Under the pieces are notes generated by a model, which made no database searches, was not told the origin of the DNA, and saw only the letters and a list, made by a program, of their open reading frames with translations. A stretch of 64,000 bases of DNA, from contig CAKOIE010000004.1 of the NCBI GenBank assembly GCA_934086395.1, forward strand, positions 285 to 64,284, written 5' to 3'. Source of the DNA: an uncultured Bacilli bacterium. GTDB taxonomy: Bacteria; Bacillota_I; Bacilli_A; RF39; UBA660. The translations under genes and the position numbers were made by a program. This document shows positions 1 through 9,208 of the stretch, one piece after another (positions within the stretch are counted from its first letter, which is position 1; every line of letters starts with the position of its first letter).

Positions 1-68
1 AATATAACACATTAAAAATATTTTAACAATAAGTTTTAATATTTTCATAAAGTTTTAATATTTTCAAT

Positions 69-1602
69 AAAAAAGAGTGAATTTTCTTCGCGATAAATTT
101 TTGATATAATTACTACATAATAAAGGTGGTATGTAGTAATGAATAGAAGCAAAGAAGAAAATTAAGAAAAGATAAGGATTTAGTAAAAGAACTATATTCT
201 ATAATAGTAAAATTTTTACCTAAATTATTAGATATGTTTGGTAATTTAACTGATATTAGAAATCAAAGTTATGTTATTTATAAAATGAAAACTATTTGTG
301 TTACGAGATTATTTGGGCTTCTTTGTGGATTAACCACTATGACTGATACTTCTACTAATGATTTTAATTCTGATAATTGTATTAAAAATTTATCTAAAAT
401 ATGTGGGCAAAATCTAGAAGAAATTCCTTATTGGGAAACTATTCAAGATGTATTTATGAATATTAAAACTGATGAACTAAAAAATATTCAGAAATATTTT
501 GTAAAAGCATTAATACGTTCTAAAATGTTTGATAAATATAGATTTAATGGTTGCTTTCAATTACTATTTGATGGCACTGGTTTATCTAATCATGATTATA
601 ATCTAAACAATAATTGCCTTATCAGAAAGCATAGAAATGGTAAAATTTCTTATTATAAATATGTTTTAGAATGTAAATTAGTTGTTGGTAATATAGTTGT
701 TAGTTTAGATTCTGAATTTATCGAGAACGAAAAGATGTTAACTGATAAACAAAAATAGGATTGTGAAACTAATGCTTTTAAAAGAATGATTATAAGAATT
801 AAAAAGAATTATCCAAAACTAAAATTTATTATTACTGGTGATGGACTTTATGCTACTGCTCCAATCATTAAGCTATGTAAAAAATATAATTTTAACTATA
901 TTTTTAATTTAAAGCTAGACAGATTAAAAGAAATAAATGAAACTTTTGAAGATAATATTAATTATAATAATGAAACTACACATAAAGATTATTATTTATC
1001 TACCAACATTAAATATAAGGATATTATATTATTCGCTTTTAAATATGTAGAAACTAAAAAGAAAAAAACTACTGTTTTTAGATATATTAGTGACTTAGAA
1101 ATCAAAGACTCTAATATTAAAGAAATTTTTTCTATGGGAAGAAAGCGTTGGAAAATAGAAAATGAAGGTTTCTACACTCAAAAACATAGAACTTTCAATA
1201 CATCTCATTTAAATAGTAGAAATGATACTGCTATAAAAAATCACTACTTCTTTATACAATTTGCTCATACTATTAGACAATTACTAGAATTAGGAAATAT
1301 ATTAACTAAATCATTAAAAATCAAAATAAAAGAAGTAAGTGCCCATTTATTAAAATCACTTACTTCAACCATCTCAGATCTTAATAATTTAGAAACTAAT
1401 TTCCAATTAAGATTTGATGATTAAATTATACAATATTTGTTCTTTGAAATCTAGTGTTTTTATTCAAAAAAATTTTTTAACCTGAAAAAGGTCTTTTCGT
1501 CATGACTTAAAATATTTAGGATTTGAGAAGAAAAAAACAGATAAAATTTTTTTTTATATATTTTACCTATTTTTAATAAAAGAAATTTATTCACTCTTTT
1601 TT
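69..1602 (+). mobile_element. Insertion sequence carrying a DDE transposase (IS4-superfamily-like)
   Basis: Perfect 14-nt terminal inverted repeat: AAAAAAGAGTGAAT at 69-82 and its reverse complement at 1589-1602. The repeats bracket the transposase frame. Confidence 0.7.
234..1424 (+). pseudogene. DDE transposase interrupted by a single in-frame TAG (756-758)
   Basis: ORFs 234-758 and 786-1424 share one frame and are separated only by TAG. The C-terminal part has GRKRWKIENEGFYTQK, matching the RW-IE-F-K signature of IS4/ISAs1-type DDE transposases. Confidence 0.75.
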
Positions 1603-1633
1603 ACTGCCGTAAATGCAATTTTGCAATCTAAAC

Positions 1634-1672
1634 AAAAAAATACCTAGCCTTCTAAATTAAGAAAACTAGGTT
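1634..1672 (-). terminator. Putative intrinsic terminator downstream of the Abi gene
   Basis: Minus-strand hairpin (ACCTAG at 1642-1647 pairs with CTAGGT at 1666-1671, plus an inner TTCT/AGAA stem) followed by a U-run (A-run 1634-1640 on the plus strand). Confidence 0.45.
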
Positions 1673-1739
1673 GAATGACTTAGAGCTTCTAAAGTTTTCT
1701 AAGCACTATTCATTACTATTATATTAAAATTTTTTAAAA

Positions 1740-2612
1740 TTATACATTTGGAAAGCCCATAATTTTCAAAATATTATTAATACTAATAGAATTCAATTTA
1801 CTATCTAATTTTTTTATCTCTCTATCAACCGCTTTAGTTAAACTGTGATACTGTCTCTTAGTTAATAAAAATTCTAAAGCTCTCATTATCATATAAAAAT
1901 TAGTAACATTATTTGTAGGGCATTTATAACTAGAATCAATTTGTTTAAATCCTAATGTACTTTTTTCTCTAAAGCAGAACAAGCGATCTGTGTGAGCCGA
2001 GATGTTACGAACACTTGTTAAATTTCTAAGAATTTGCTTTAATAAATTTTCTGGAATATTGAAATATTTAGCAATCTTTTGCCTATCTTGTAATTTTAAT
2101 AATCCATAATATTTACTCATTACACCAAAAGTTAAAATTTTCGTTAATACAAATGGTGGAATAAATCCATAATTATCCTTATAATGCGTTATTGCTAAAT
2201 GTATTCCGTATGAACGATTAATCTCATCATTTATAATTGATATTAGTTTATTTACTGTTTTACTAGAAGCAGAAGGATCAAAGTTTTTAATATCTAAATA
2301 ATCTTGAAGCCCATAATTTTCTGCAATACAATTAGCCATAAGGGATTTGATTAATATTTCAACCTCCAAAACATATTGCATCATTATTAATTTTAAATTT
2401 TTATCAAATTCATATAAAGCATATATTTCATCAAAAATAACATTAGGTAAATAATTATTATTTTTATCTTTAAAATTGTTTTTATAACTATTAATTATTG
2501 AATAATATGTACATCTTTCTAATTTTTTAATAGCACTAGTTCTGCTTTTAACAATTACACCTTTAGAAATTAAATAATCAATCAATTCATCATTAGTTTT
2601 AAATTCTTTCAT
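1740..2612 (-). CDS. Abi_2 family (AbiD/AbiF-like) abortive infection protein
   Basis: The N-terminal pattern (DELIDYLISKGVIV ... LERCTYYSIINSYKNNF ... IYALYEFDKNLKLIMMQYVLEVEILIKS) resembles the Abi_2/AbiD-F family. ATG at 2612 is preceded by AAGGAGG; the upstream TTG start in the ORF track is unlikely. Confidence 0.7.
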   Translation of the reverse strand: MKEFKTNDELIDYLISKGVIVKSRTSAIKKLERCTYYSIINSYKNNFKDKNNNYLPNVIFDEIYALYEFDKNLKLIMMQYVLEVEILIKSLMANCIAENYGLQDYLDIKNFDPSASSKTVNKLISIINDEINRSYGIHLAITHYKDNYGFIPPFVLTKILTFGVMSKYYGLLKLQDRQKIAKYFNIPENLLKQILRNLTSVRNISAHTDRLFCFREKSTLGFKQIDSSYKCPTNNVTNFYMIMRALEFLLTKRQYHSLTKAVDREIKKLDSKLNSISINNILKIMGFPNV

Positions 2613-2726
2613 ATATGCCTCCTTAACCAAAAAAAATGACCTAAGGCTTCAAAAGTTTCCTAGGCACCATTCGTTAGTAATATATCAAAATTTATTTATA
2701 CTTGTCAATATCATCTTTAAAAATTT

Positions 2727-3578
2727 TCAAAAAAATTTTTTTGATGATAGAGATAAATTTTCATCAACATAAGATATAGCTATTCTTTTCGTAATTTCAA
2801 TATCTACTGTTTTCAATGAATCATCTTTTATTAATCTTTTAGGCAATAATCCAATTCCCATACCTTTATTTACAAAGTCTATTGAAGAGATATAGTTTGA
2901 TGTTTCAATTGATAAATTTCTATCAATATTATTTTTTCGTAATAAATTTTCAAATGTTTTTCTTTCGCTCTATGTACTTGTTGGTAATATTAAAGGATAA
3001 TCTTTAATATCATTAAGTGTATTAATTAAATATTGTTTATTAGAAAAACATAAACAATATTTCTTCTCAGCAATATCATTACTAACTATACCACTAGATT
3101 TTTGTAAATCTATTTTTTCATCTATAACAAAGTCAATATTATAATGAGATAGTTTTTCATATAATTCCTTTGATGGCAAATTAATAATTTTAAATATTGC
3201 CTTAGGATATTTTTTCTTAAATTCTTCTATTTTTTCATTCAAAATATCAATTTCAATATCTGATGATATACCAATAGATATTTTACCACTATTTAGATCT
3301 TTATTTTGTAAATAAGTTTTTTCAGTGATATACAATAAATTATAAGCTTTTTCATAGCCATCAAATAATATTTTTCCATCTTCTGTTAATTCAATATAAT
3401 TTTTGGACTTTTTATTAATTAGCTTAGTTCCCATTAATTGTTCTAAAGATTTAATATGTCTTGATACGTTCGTTTTATCTATATTAAGTTTAGTGGCAGC
3501 ATCGTTATAATCTTTTGATTGTTCTACAATTACAAAGGTTCTTATTAAATCAAGATTCATTGTTTGAGTATTTAACAT
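2727..3578 (-). pseudogene. LysR-family transcriptional regulator interrupted by one in-frame TAG (2970-2972)
   Basis: The N-terminal 202 aa carry a LysR HTH (MNLDLIRTFVIVEQSKDYNDAATKLNIDKTNVSRHIKSLEQ). Past the TAG, the same frame continues for 80 codons with a LysR C-terminal pattern (SERKTFENLL...VNKGMGIGLLPKRL...) to a TGA at 2727-2729. The total length of about 283 codons is typical for LysR. Confidence 0.8.
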
Positions 3579-3723
3579 AGCCTTTTATTTTACTTATTTT
3601 CTTTATAAATATAATACATTAAAAATATTTTAACAATAAGTTTTAATTATTTTTAAGTACAGTTATGATACATTCATTTTATCTTTAATTTTATTAATTA
3701 ATATGATAAGATATTTTTAGAAT

Positions 3724-4383
3724 ATGAGGGATATAGTGAAAAAGAATTATAATTATACATTAATACTATTTATATTAGTATTATTAAGTTATTTGTTTAA
3801 TAATGTAAATATTATTATTTATAATAACGCTAGTATATCAATAGGAGTATTACTTTACTCTTTAACATTCTTAGTTAGTTCTATAATGATTGAAAGAAAT
3901 AAATTAAATGATTGTAAAAAATATATTTATTCATCAATTAAATATATAATATTATTTTTTATAATTGTAACTATATTATGTCAAGTTAATAGTATAAATG
4001 ATTTAATAGTTTCATTAAAGAATGTTTTTACACCTAATAAGTTATATTTAAGTACATTTAAGATATATTTACCAGATATATATAAATTAACTATATATTT
4101 AGTAGTTTATTATTTTTCACATTATATATTCTTTATTACATACGAAGTAACTTGTGAAAATGCTGGATATTTAGTTGCATTTTTAACATCAATATTAATT
4201 GGATTTATATTAGATCAAATGATATTTACAACTATTTATTATATTCCATATTTATTTAGTAATAAGATTATAATAAAAGACTTTTTAAATATTTTAACTA
4301 GTAATTTTATAGTAACTTTAACAAGTTCAATTATACTACTTATATTTGCATTTATATTTAATAGAAATAAAAGTTCTAAATAA
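3724..4383 (+). CDS. Multi-pass membrane protein, function unknown
   Basis: 219-aa ORF with about 6 hydrophobic segments, divergent from the LysR pseudogene. No family recognised. Confidence 0.55.
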   Translation: MRDIVKKNYNYTLILFILVLLSYLFNNVNIIIYNNASISIGVLLYSLTFLVSSIMIERNKLNDCKKYIYSSIKYIILFFIIVTILCQVNSINDLIVSLKNVFTPNKLYLSTFKIYLPDIYKLTIYLVVYYFSHYIFFITYEVTCENAGYLVAFLTSILIGFILDQMIFTTIYYIPYLFSNKIIIKDFLNILTSNFIVTLTSSIILLIFAFIFNRNKSSK

Positions 4384-4537
4384 ATTAAGATTTAGAACTT
4401 TTTAAATGTTTTATTATTTCATTTATATGTTTGCATTTTTAGGTGATTACTCCCTTGATGATGATCATTTATGAACCGGTACTACAAACTCTACCAAATT
4501 CATTTTTTCTGCCTATCAATTATTTTTAGCTTTATTA

Positions 4538-4600
4538 TCAGTTGCGGAATGTTGGAGCAAGACCATTGGTACCACGGTCACTCCACACGAAGTCACCAAG
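4538..4600 (-). pseudogene. Relic 3' fragment of the TasA-N/lectin-C family (type-1 C-terminus)
   Basis: Minus-strand translation gives GDFVWSDRGTNGLAPTFRN-stop. This parallels the C-termini GDSGVIGTGNGYSAGFAPAFRIG (copy A) and GDWGYFNYSDTNGFSPAFRIA (copy B). No upstream family sequence remains. Confidence 0.55.
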
Positions 4601-5158
4601 CAAAATAACAAAACCAATAAATAAACAACCAGGCACACCTAATTTACATCGGCTTTCCTATTTCAAAAGTTGTCAAAAATCATTTTTTAACAAACTTAGA
4701 AACCAATAAATCAATTTTTTTATCATCATCTATCTCTTTATTATTTATCTTCTTTAATTTCTTATCAAGAACATCCATACAAGATTTAGAAAAAAGCAAT
4801 AATACTCTTCTAAGTAAAATGTCTTCATACCTAACAGGATTAACACTATTAGCCATAGAAACAAGTTCAGCTTGTTTACATACATATTTTTCAATAGGTA
4901 TTATATAAATATTAGTCCTACTTCTTATTTAATTTAGAAACATGCCTTAAAGTTTCCACTTGAATAACATAAGAATTATCCACATACTCTAAACCATTAG
5001 GTTTTCTTTTAAACTTAGGTTAGGTTTCCTTTTAAACTTAGGTATTGACATCTTACTATCTCTATTCTAATATAAAATATCTAATAAATTATTAGCATAC
5101 TTATATGTATTAATATAATATTTTCGATATCTAGGTAATAATAATTCATTAATTCTTA

Positions 5159-5596
5159 TTAAAATATAATATCTTTAAATATACTCTTATATAAAGAATT
5201 AACATAATTATATTTATCTATTAACTCTTTATTACATTTATTTATATATTTATGTTTTTTATATCTTCTTTTTATTCTTACACATTCATAATAATCATAC
5301 ATTCTATTAACTTGTAAATCATACATATCTAAAAATTTATTATATAAAACTTTTAAATAACTTCTAGCTAATTTAATAATTAAATTACAATATACTATAT
5401 CTTCAAAATTACTTATTTTATAATTTATTAAATAAGTAAATAGTTTATATTCTTTATCACAATAATCACTTACAGGATCTTTATATCTACTATTTTTATT
5501 ATTTTTTAAATTGACTACTAAAAATAACATTTCACATTTAATATTAAAACTGATTTTATATACATTTAGTATTTTTTTATTATATTTTTCTTTCAT
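5159..5596 (-). CDS. Hypothetical basic protein
   Basis: 145-aa ORF with GAGG about 11 nt upstream of the ATG. Extremely AT-rich, with no recognisable motif. Confidence 0.35.
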   Translation of the reverse strand: MKEKYNKKILNVYKISFNIKCEMLFLVVNLKNNKNSRYKDPVSDYCDKEYKLFTYLINYKISNFEDIVYCNLIIKLARSYLKVLYNKFLDMYDLQVNRMYDYYECVRIKRRYKKHKYINKCNKELIDKYNYVNSLYKSIFKDIIF

Positions 5597-5771
5597 TATT
5601 TTTGGTACCTCAATTGTTTCCTTACCGGAAAAAACTTAATGATTTCTTTTATTTTTATTTTGTCGGGCCGTCTATTTTACTCGCTTTCGCTCGCGTGGCC
5701 GGCCCTCTAGGAACCAATTTTCCTAGTCTTGTTTTACTTTATATGTTTTTCTTTACGCTTAGTTTACACAA

Positions 5772-7136
5772 TTATCCGATACGGAACGCTGGAGCAAAGC
5801 CAGCACTATAGCCATTACCAGTACCAATGACACCACTGTCGCCGGTGTGATGGACACAAAAGAAGGCATCGTTAAAGTTAGAAGTGGCACCACGAAGCCA
5901 CCAACGTCCATTCGAACCTTTGTTCTTCTTTATAGTAGCCGATTTGTTATCTGTGATGGTTACACCTTTATTTGCATAATAATCTAATTGTCTGGTTTGT
6001 TTATAGGCTGTATCATTTGATGAAGATGTAATGCTGGGATCTTTTTTAAATACTTCACCCTCACTTAGTAAATATATTTTATCGTTTGATTCCCAGTTAC
6101 CATCAGGTCTTTTTGCGTTATTATCACTACTACCATAACCTGATACCACTTTTGTATCTATTATTATATTTCTTAATTCTTCTGGTAAGTTATTAAAGAA
6201 AGTTCCATTTGCATAGGTTCTCGTTGTGGTTGCTGGCCAGCCGCCTTTATTTGTGTCATTTGAATTTATCCTTCTTTCTTCTAATATATCTGCAAACTCT
6301 ACTACAAATCCACAGGCTGTTTGGGAAAAATCATCTCTAGTAGTGCATTCTTCTGGTGTTGATTTATTAGCAATTCTTACTGTATATGGTTTATTACCTA
6401 TTAATACTGTTTTTGTATCTCCGACATTATATACATTAGATGAGGTATTATCAGCTATTGTTTCCCATGTATCTTCAGCAAATGTTTTTGGTGTTGGTGC
6501 TTCATAGTTTACTACTACTTTACCATTAAATGTTTTTCCTTTTTCACTATCTTGATTTAAACCATTATCGGGAAATTGGATTATTAAATTGAATTCAATA
6601 CTTTGGTTTTCTTTATTTTCTTTAAATTCTCCGGTTACCATTTCGGTATATTTTTTACCAATTTTTAAGGTTCCATGAGTATATCCTGTTTTACTTGCAT
6701 TTCCAGGAATTGTTTGATTTAAGTAATCGCTTTCTGTTTTGTTTGCTTCTGGTGTTACTACATAATTTGATGTTACATTTTCATTTGTTGTTGTTCTTTT
6801 TATATAGTAGTGGATCATTCCATCACTAAATGTAGAATTATATTTTAGTCCTACTTTATATGGCATTTTTAAACCATTTGTTGTATTTGTTCCTGTTAAG
6901 GTAAATGTTTTATTTGCTAGTATAGTGTTACTTGGTTCAATGTTTTTACTTGTTAGTAAATCACTTGTTCCATCACTATAATTTATTAACATCTTACCTC
7001 CTTCTATGGATACTAAGGATGTTGATCCTTGATTGTTTAGTGCTGTAAAGTATGCAAATGTACTACCTATTAGCACTATTAAAAGCATTGTTATAGTTGT
7101 TCCAATAACTATTAAGCTAATATTGTCTTTTTTCAT
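5772..7136 (-). CDS. Secreted protein, family copy A: SipW-type signal peptide, TasA/camelysin-like N-domain, type-1 lectin-like (DUF6273-like) C-domain
   Basis: The N-terminus (hydrophobic segment then GSTFAYFTALNNQGS) matches the SipW-cognate signal pattern (G-x-T-[FY]-A-Y-F-T). The C-terminal half has GGWPATT, IYLLS, RWWLRGA and a terminal FAPAFRIG, like DUF6273/CLec-type domains. Paralogous to 5 other ORFs in the window. Confidence 0.85.
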   Translation of the reverse strand: MKKDNISLIVIGTTITMLLIVLIGSTFAYFTALNNQGSTSLVSIEGGKMLINYSDGTSDLLTSKNIEPSNTILANKTFTLTGTNTTNGLKMPYKVGLKYNSTFSDGMIHYYIKRTTTNENVTSNYVVTPEANKTESDYLNQTIPGNASKTGYTHGTLKIGKKYTEMVTGEFKENKENQSIEFNLIIQFPDNGLNQDSEKGKTFNGKVVVNYEAPTPKTFAEDTWETIADNTSSNVYNVGDTKTVLIGNKPYTVRIANKSTPEECTTRDDFSQTACGFVVEFADILEERRINSNDTNKGGWPATTTRTYANGTFFNNLPEELRNIIIDTKVVSGYGSSDNNAKRPDGNWESNDKIYLLSEGEVFKKDPSITSSSNDTAYKQTRQLDYYANKGVTITDNKSATIKKNKGSNGRWWLRGATSNFNDAFFCVHHTGDSGVIGTGNGYSAGFAPAFRIG

Positions 7137-7163
7137 TTTCTTTATCTCCTTCTATCTTTATTA

Positions 7164-7193
7164 ATTATAGGATAAATCGTCTTCCCTGGTCAA
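7164..7193 (-). promoter_or_regulatory. Family promoter (copy A): TTGACC-N18-TATAAT
   Basis: -35 at 7188-7193 and -10 at 7164-7169 (reverse complement). The position is homologous to the promoters of the other family copies. Confidence 0.5.
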
Positions 7194-7264
7194 GTGCGAA
7201 TCTAATGTTTAGTATATTAATATTTATAAAAAAATGTTAATATAATTATTAGGTGATTGGAATT

Positions 7265-9196
7265 ATGAAGTTAATAATTAAAAATTATATAATAAATTTA
7301 ATAAATATTTTATATTTAGAAATTATTTATCATATATTAATATTTAAAAGTTTTAGTATAAATGAGGTATTGTTTATTCTTTTATTTAGTTTAATAAATA
7401 CATTGTTTATAGATATAGTTTGTTCAATAACAAAAAATAAAAAGTTAAATAAGTGGTTAAATATATTTATTAATTCTTTTTTAAGTATTTTATTTATTGC
7501 TTATTTTACTAATTTTAAATTTTATGGGAATACTTTAAGTATCTACTCTATCTTTCATGGTGGACAAGTATTTGGTTTCTTAAGTGCCATAATTAAGGTT
7601 ATTAAAGAAAATATATTTGGTATTATTTTATTATTTATACCTATTCCTTTAAATATTATATTACATAAATATAGAGAGGCAAATGTTTTAAATAATAAAG
7701 AATTAGTTATTAAAGGGATAGTTTTAGTTGTTTTATTTATTTTAACTTTATTATCATTAAATATTGATGGTAATGAGATTTATAGCGCTAATAATTTATA
7801 TTTTCATAAACATGTACCTAATCAAACTGCTCAAAAGTTTGGAATACTTACTACTTTAAGATTAGATTTAAAAAGATCTTTATTTGGTTTTGAAGAAGAT
7901 AATGTTACAACAATAAAACCTAGTGATGAGGTTATAATAGATAATTCTAAGAAATATAATATAATTGATATTGATTTTAATGAACTTGCAGCTAATGAAA
8001 CAAATAAAGATATTAAAAGTATAGATGAATATTTTAGTACAGTTACTCCAACTAATAAAAATAAATATACAGGTATATTTAAGGGTAAAAATTTAATTTC
8101 AATTACAGCTGAAGCATTTAGTCCTATTGCTGTTAATAAGGATTTAACTCCTACTTTATATAAACTTGTTAATTCTAGTTTTAAATTTAATAATTTTTAT
8201 ACTCCGGTATATTATGTATCTACTTCTGATGGTGAGTATGTTACTTTAAATAGTTTACTTCCTAAGGAAAGTGTTTGGTCTTTTTCTAAATCTAGTAAGA
8301 ATTATTTGCCTTATGCTTATGGCAATGTATTCTCTAGTTTAGGCTATAAAACTTATGCATTTCATGATGGAACTTATAAATACTATAATAGACATTTATC
8401 TCATCCTAATATGGGATATCAAACATATATGGCTTGTGGTAATGGATTAGAAAAGATTAAAGGAATGAATTGTAAGAAATGGCCTCAAAGTGATTTAGAG
8501 ATGATTAATGCTACTTTTGATATGTATTCTAGTGATGAACATTTTATGACTTATTATATGACTATTAGTGGACATTTAGAATATAACTTTATGGGTAATA
8601 ATATGTCTTATAAGAATAAAGATGCTGTTAAAGATTTACCATATAATGACGCAGTTAAAGCTTATATCGCTGCACAAATTGAGCTTGATAAGGCTTTAGA
8701 GGAATTATTAAAAAAGTTAGAGGAAAAAGGTATTTTAGATGATACTGTAATTGTTTTATCGGCTGATCATTATCCTTATGGATTAACTACTAGTCAAATG
8801 AAAGAAATAATGGATATTGAAGATGAAAAATTTGATATTCATAAAAATAATTTAATAATATATAATAGCAAACTTACTAAAACAGTTGAAGTTGATAAAT
8901 TAGGAGAAAGTTTAGATATCTTACCTACTGTGTTAAATTTATTTGATATCGAATATGATTCAAGATTATTAATGGGAACTGATTTATTATCTGATAGTGA
9001 TGGTTTAGTTATATTTAATGATCGTTCATGGATAACTGATAAGGGCAAATATAACGCAGCAACTAAGAAGTTTACTGCTTATAGTGATGATGTAGATGAT
9101 AATTATGTTGAAAATATTAATAACATTGTTTATAACAAGTATGTGATATCTAAGAATATATTAGATACTGATTATTATAGAAAAATATTTAAATAG
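7265..9196 (+). CDS. LTA synthase family protein (membrane-anchored sulfatase/phosphoglycerol transferase-like)
   Basis: N-terminal multi-TM block followed by an extracellular sulfatase-type domain (LSADHYPYGL, DILPTVLNLF). ATG at 7265 follows AGGTGA. Confidence 0.75.
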   Translation: MKLIIKNYIINLINILYLEIIYHILIFKSFSINEVLFILLFSLINTLFIDIVCSITKNKKLNKWLNIFINSFLSILFIAYFTNFKFYGNTLSIYSIFHGGQVFGFLSAIIKVIKENIFGIILLFIPIPLNIILHKYREANVLNNKELVIKGIVLVVLFILTLLSLNIDGNEIYSANNLYFHKHVPNQTAQKFGILTTLRLDLKRSLFGFEEDNVTTIKPSDEVIIDNSKKYNIIDIDFNELAANETNKDIKSIDEYFSTVTPTNKNKYTGIFKGKNLISITAEAFSPIAVNKDLTPTLYKLVNSSFKFNNFYTPVYYVSTSDGEYVTLNSLLPKESVWSFSKSSKNYLPYAYGNVFSSLGYKTYAFHDGTYKYYNRHLSHPNMGYQTYMACGNGLEKIKGMNCKKWPQSDLEMINATFDMYSSDEHFMTYYMTISGHLEYNFMGNNMSYKNKDAVKDLPYNDAVKAYIAAQIELDKALEELLKKLEEKGILDDTVIVLSADHYPYGLTTSQMKEIMDIEDEKFDIHKNNLIIYNSKLTKTVEVDKLGESLDILPTVLNLFDIEYDSRLLMGTDLLSDSDGLVIFNDRSWITDKGKYNAATKKFTAYSDDVDDNYVENINNIVYNKYVISKNILDTDYYRKIFK

Positions 9197-9208
9197 GAGA
9201 AAATGATT

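Noticed and set aside
756-2972. TAG reassigned as a sense codon (alternative genetic code), suggested by in-frame TAGs in the transposase and LysR genes
   Set aside because: TAG is the evident terminator of leuS (11377-11379), rplT (20507-20509), the DHH gene (19322-19324), the RecQ-like gene, the LtaS-like gene and family copy D. No CUA-anticodon tRNA is among the 14 tRNAs seen. Pseudogenisation is the simpler reading.
4538-5596. A possible DGR accessory cassette downstream of copy A (ORF 5159-5596 as Avd, relic 4538-4600 as template repeat, decayed region as RT)
   Set aside because: The relic is not adenine-rich at positions corresponding to the variable codons of copy A and aligns only over about 20 codons. 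Translating 4680-5160 gives a broken small ORF with no reverse-transcriptase motifs. The 145-aa ORF has no recognisable Avd features.
5602-5811. The 69-aa plus-strand ORF covering the GC-rich segment
   Set aside because: It has no RBS, it overlaps the 3' end of copy A, and its composition is driven by the GC-rich structured segment.
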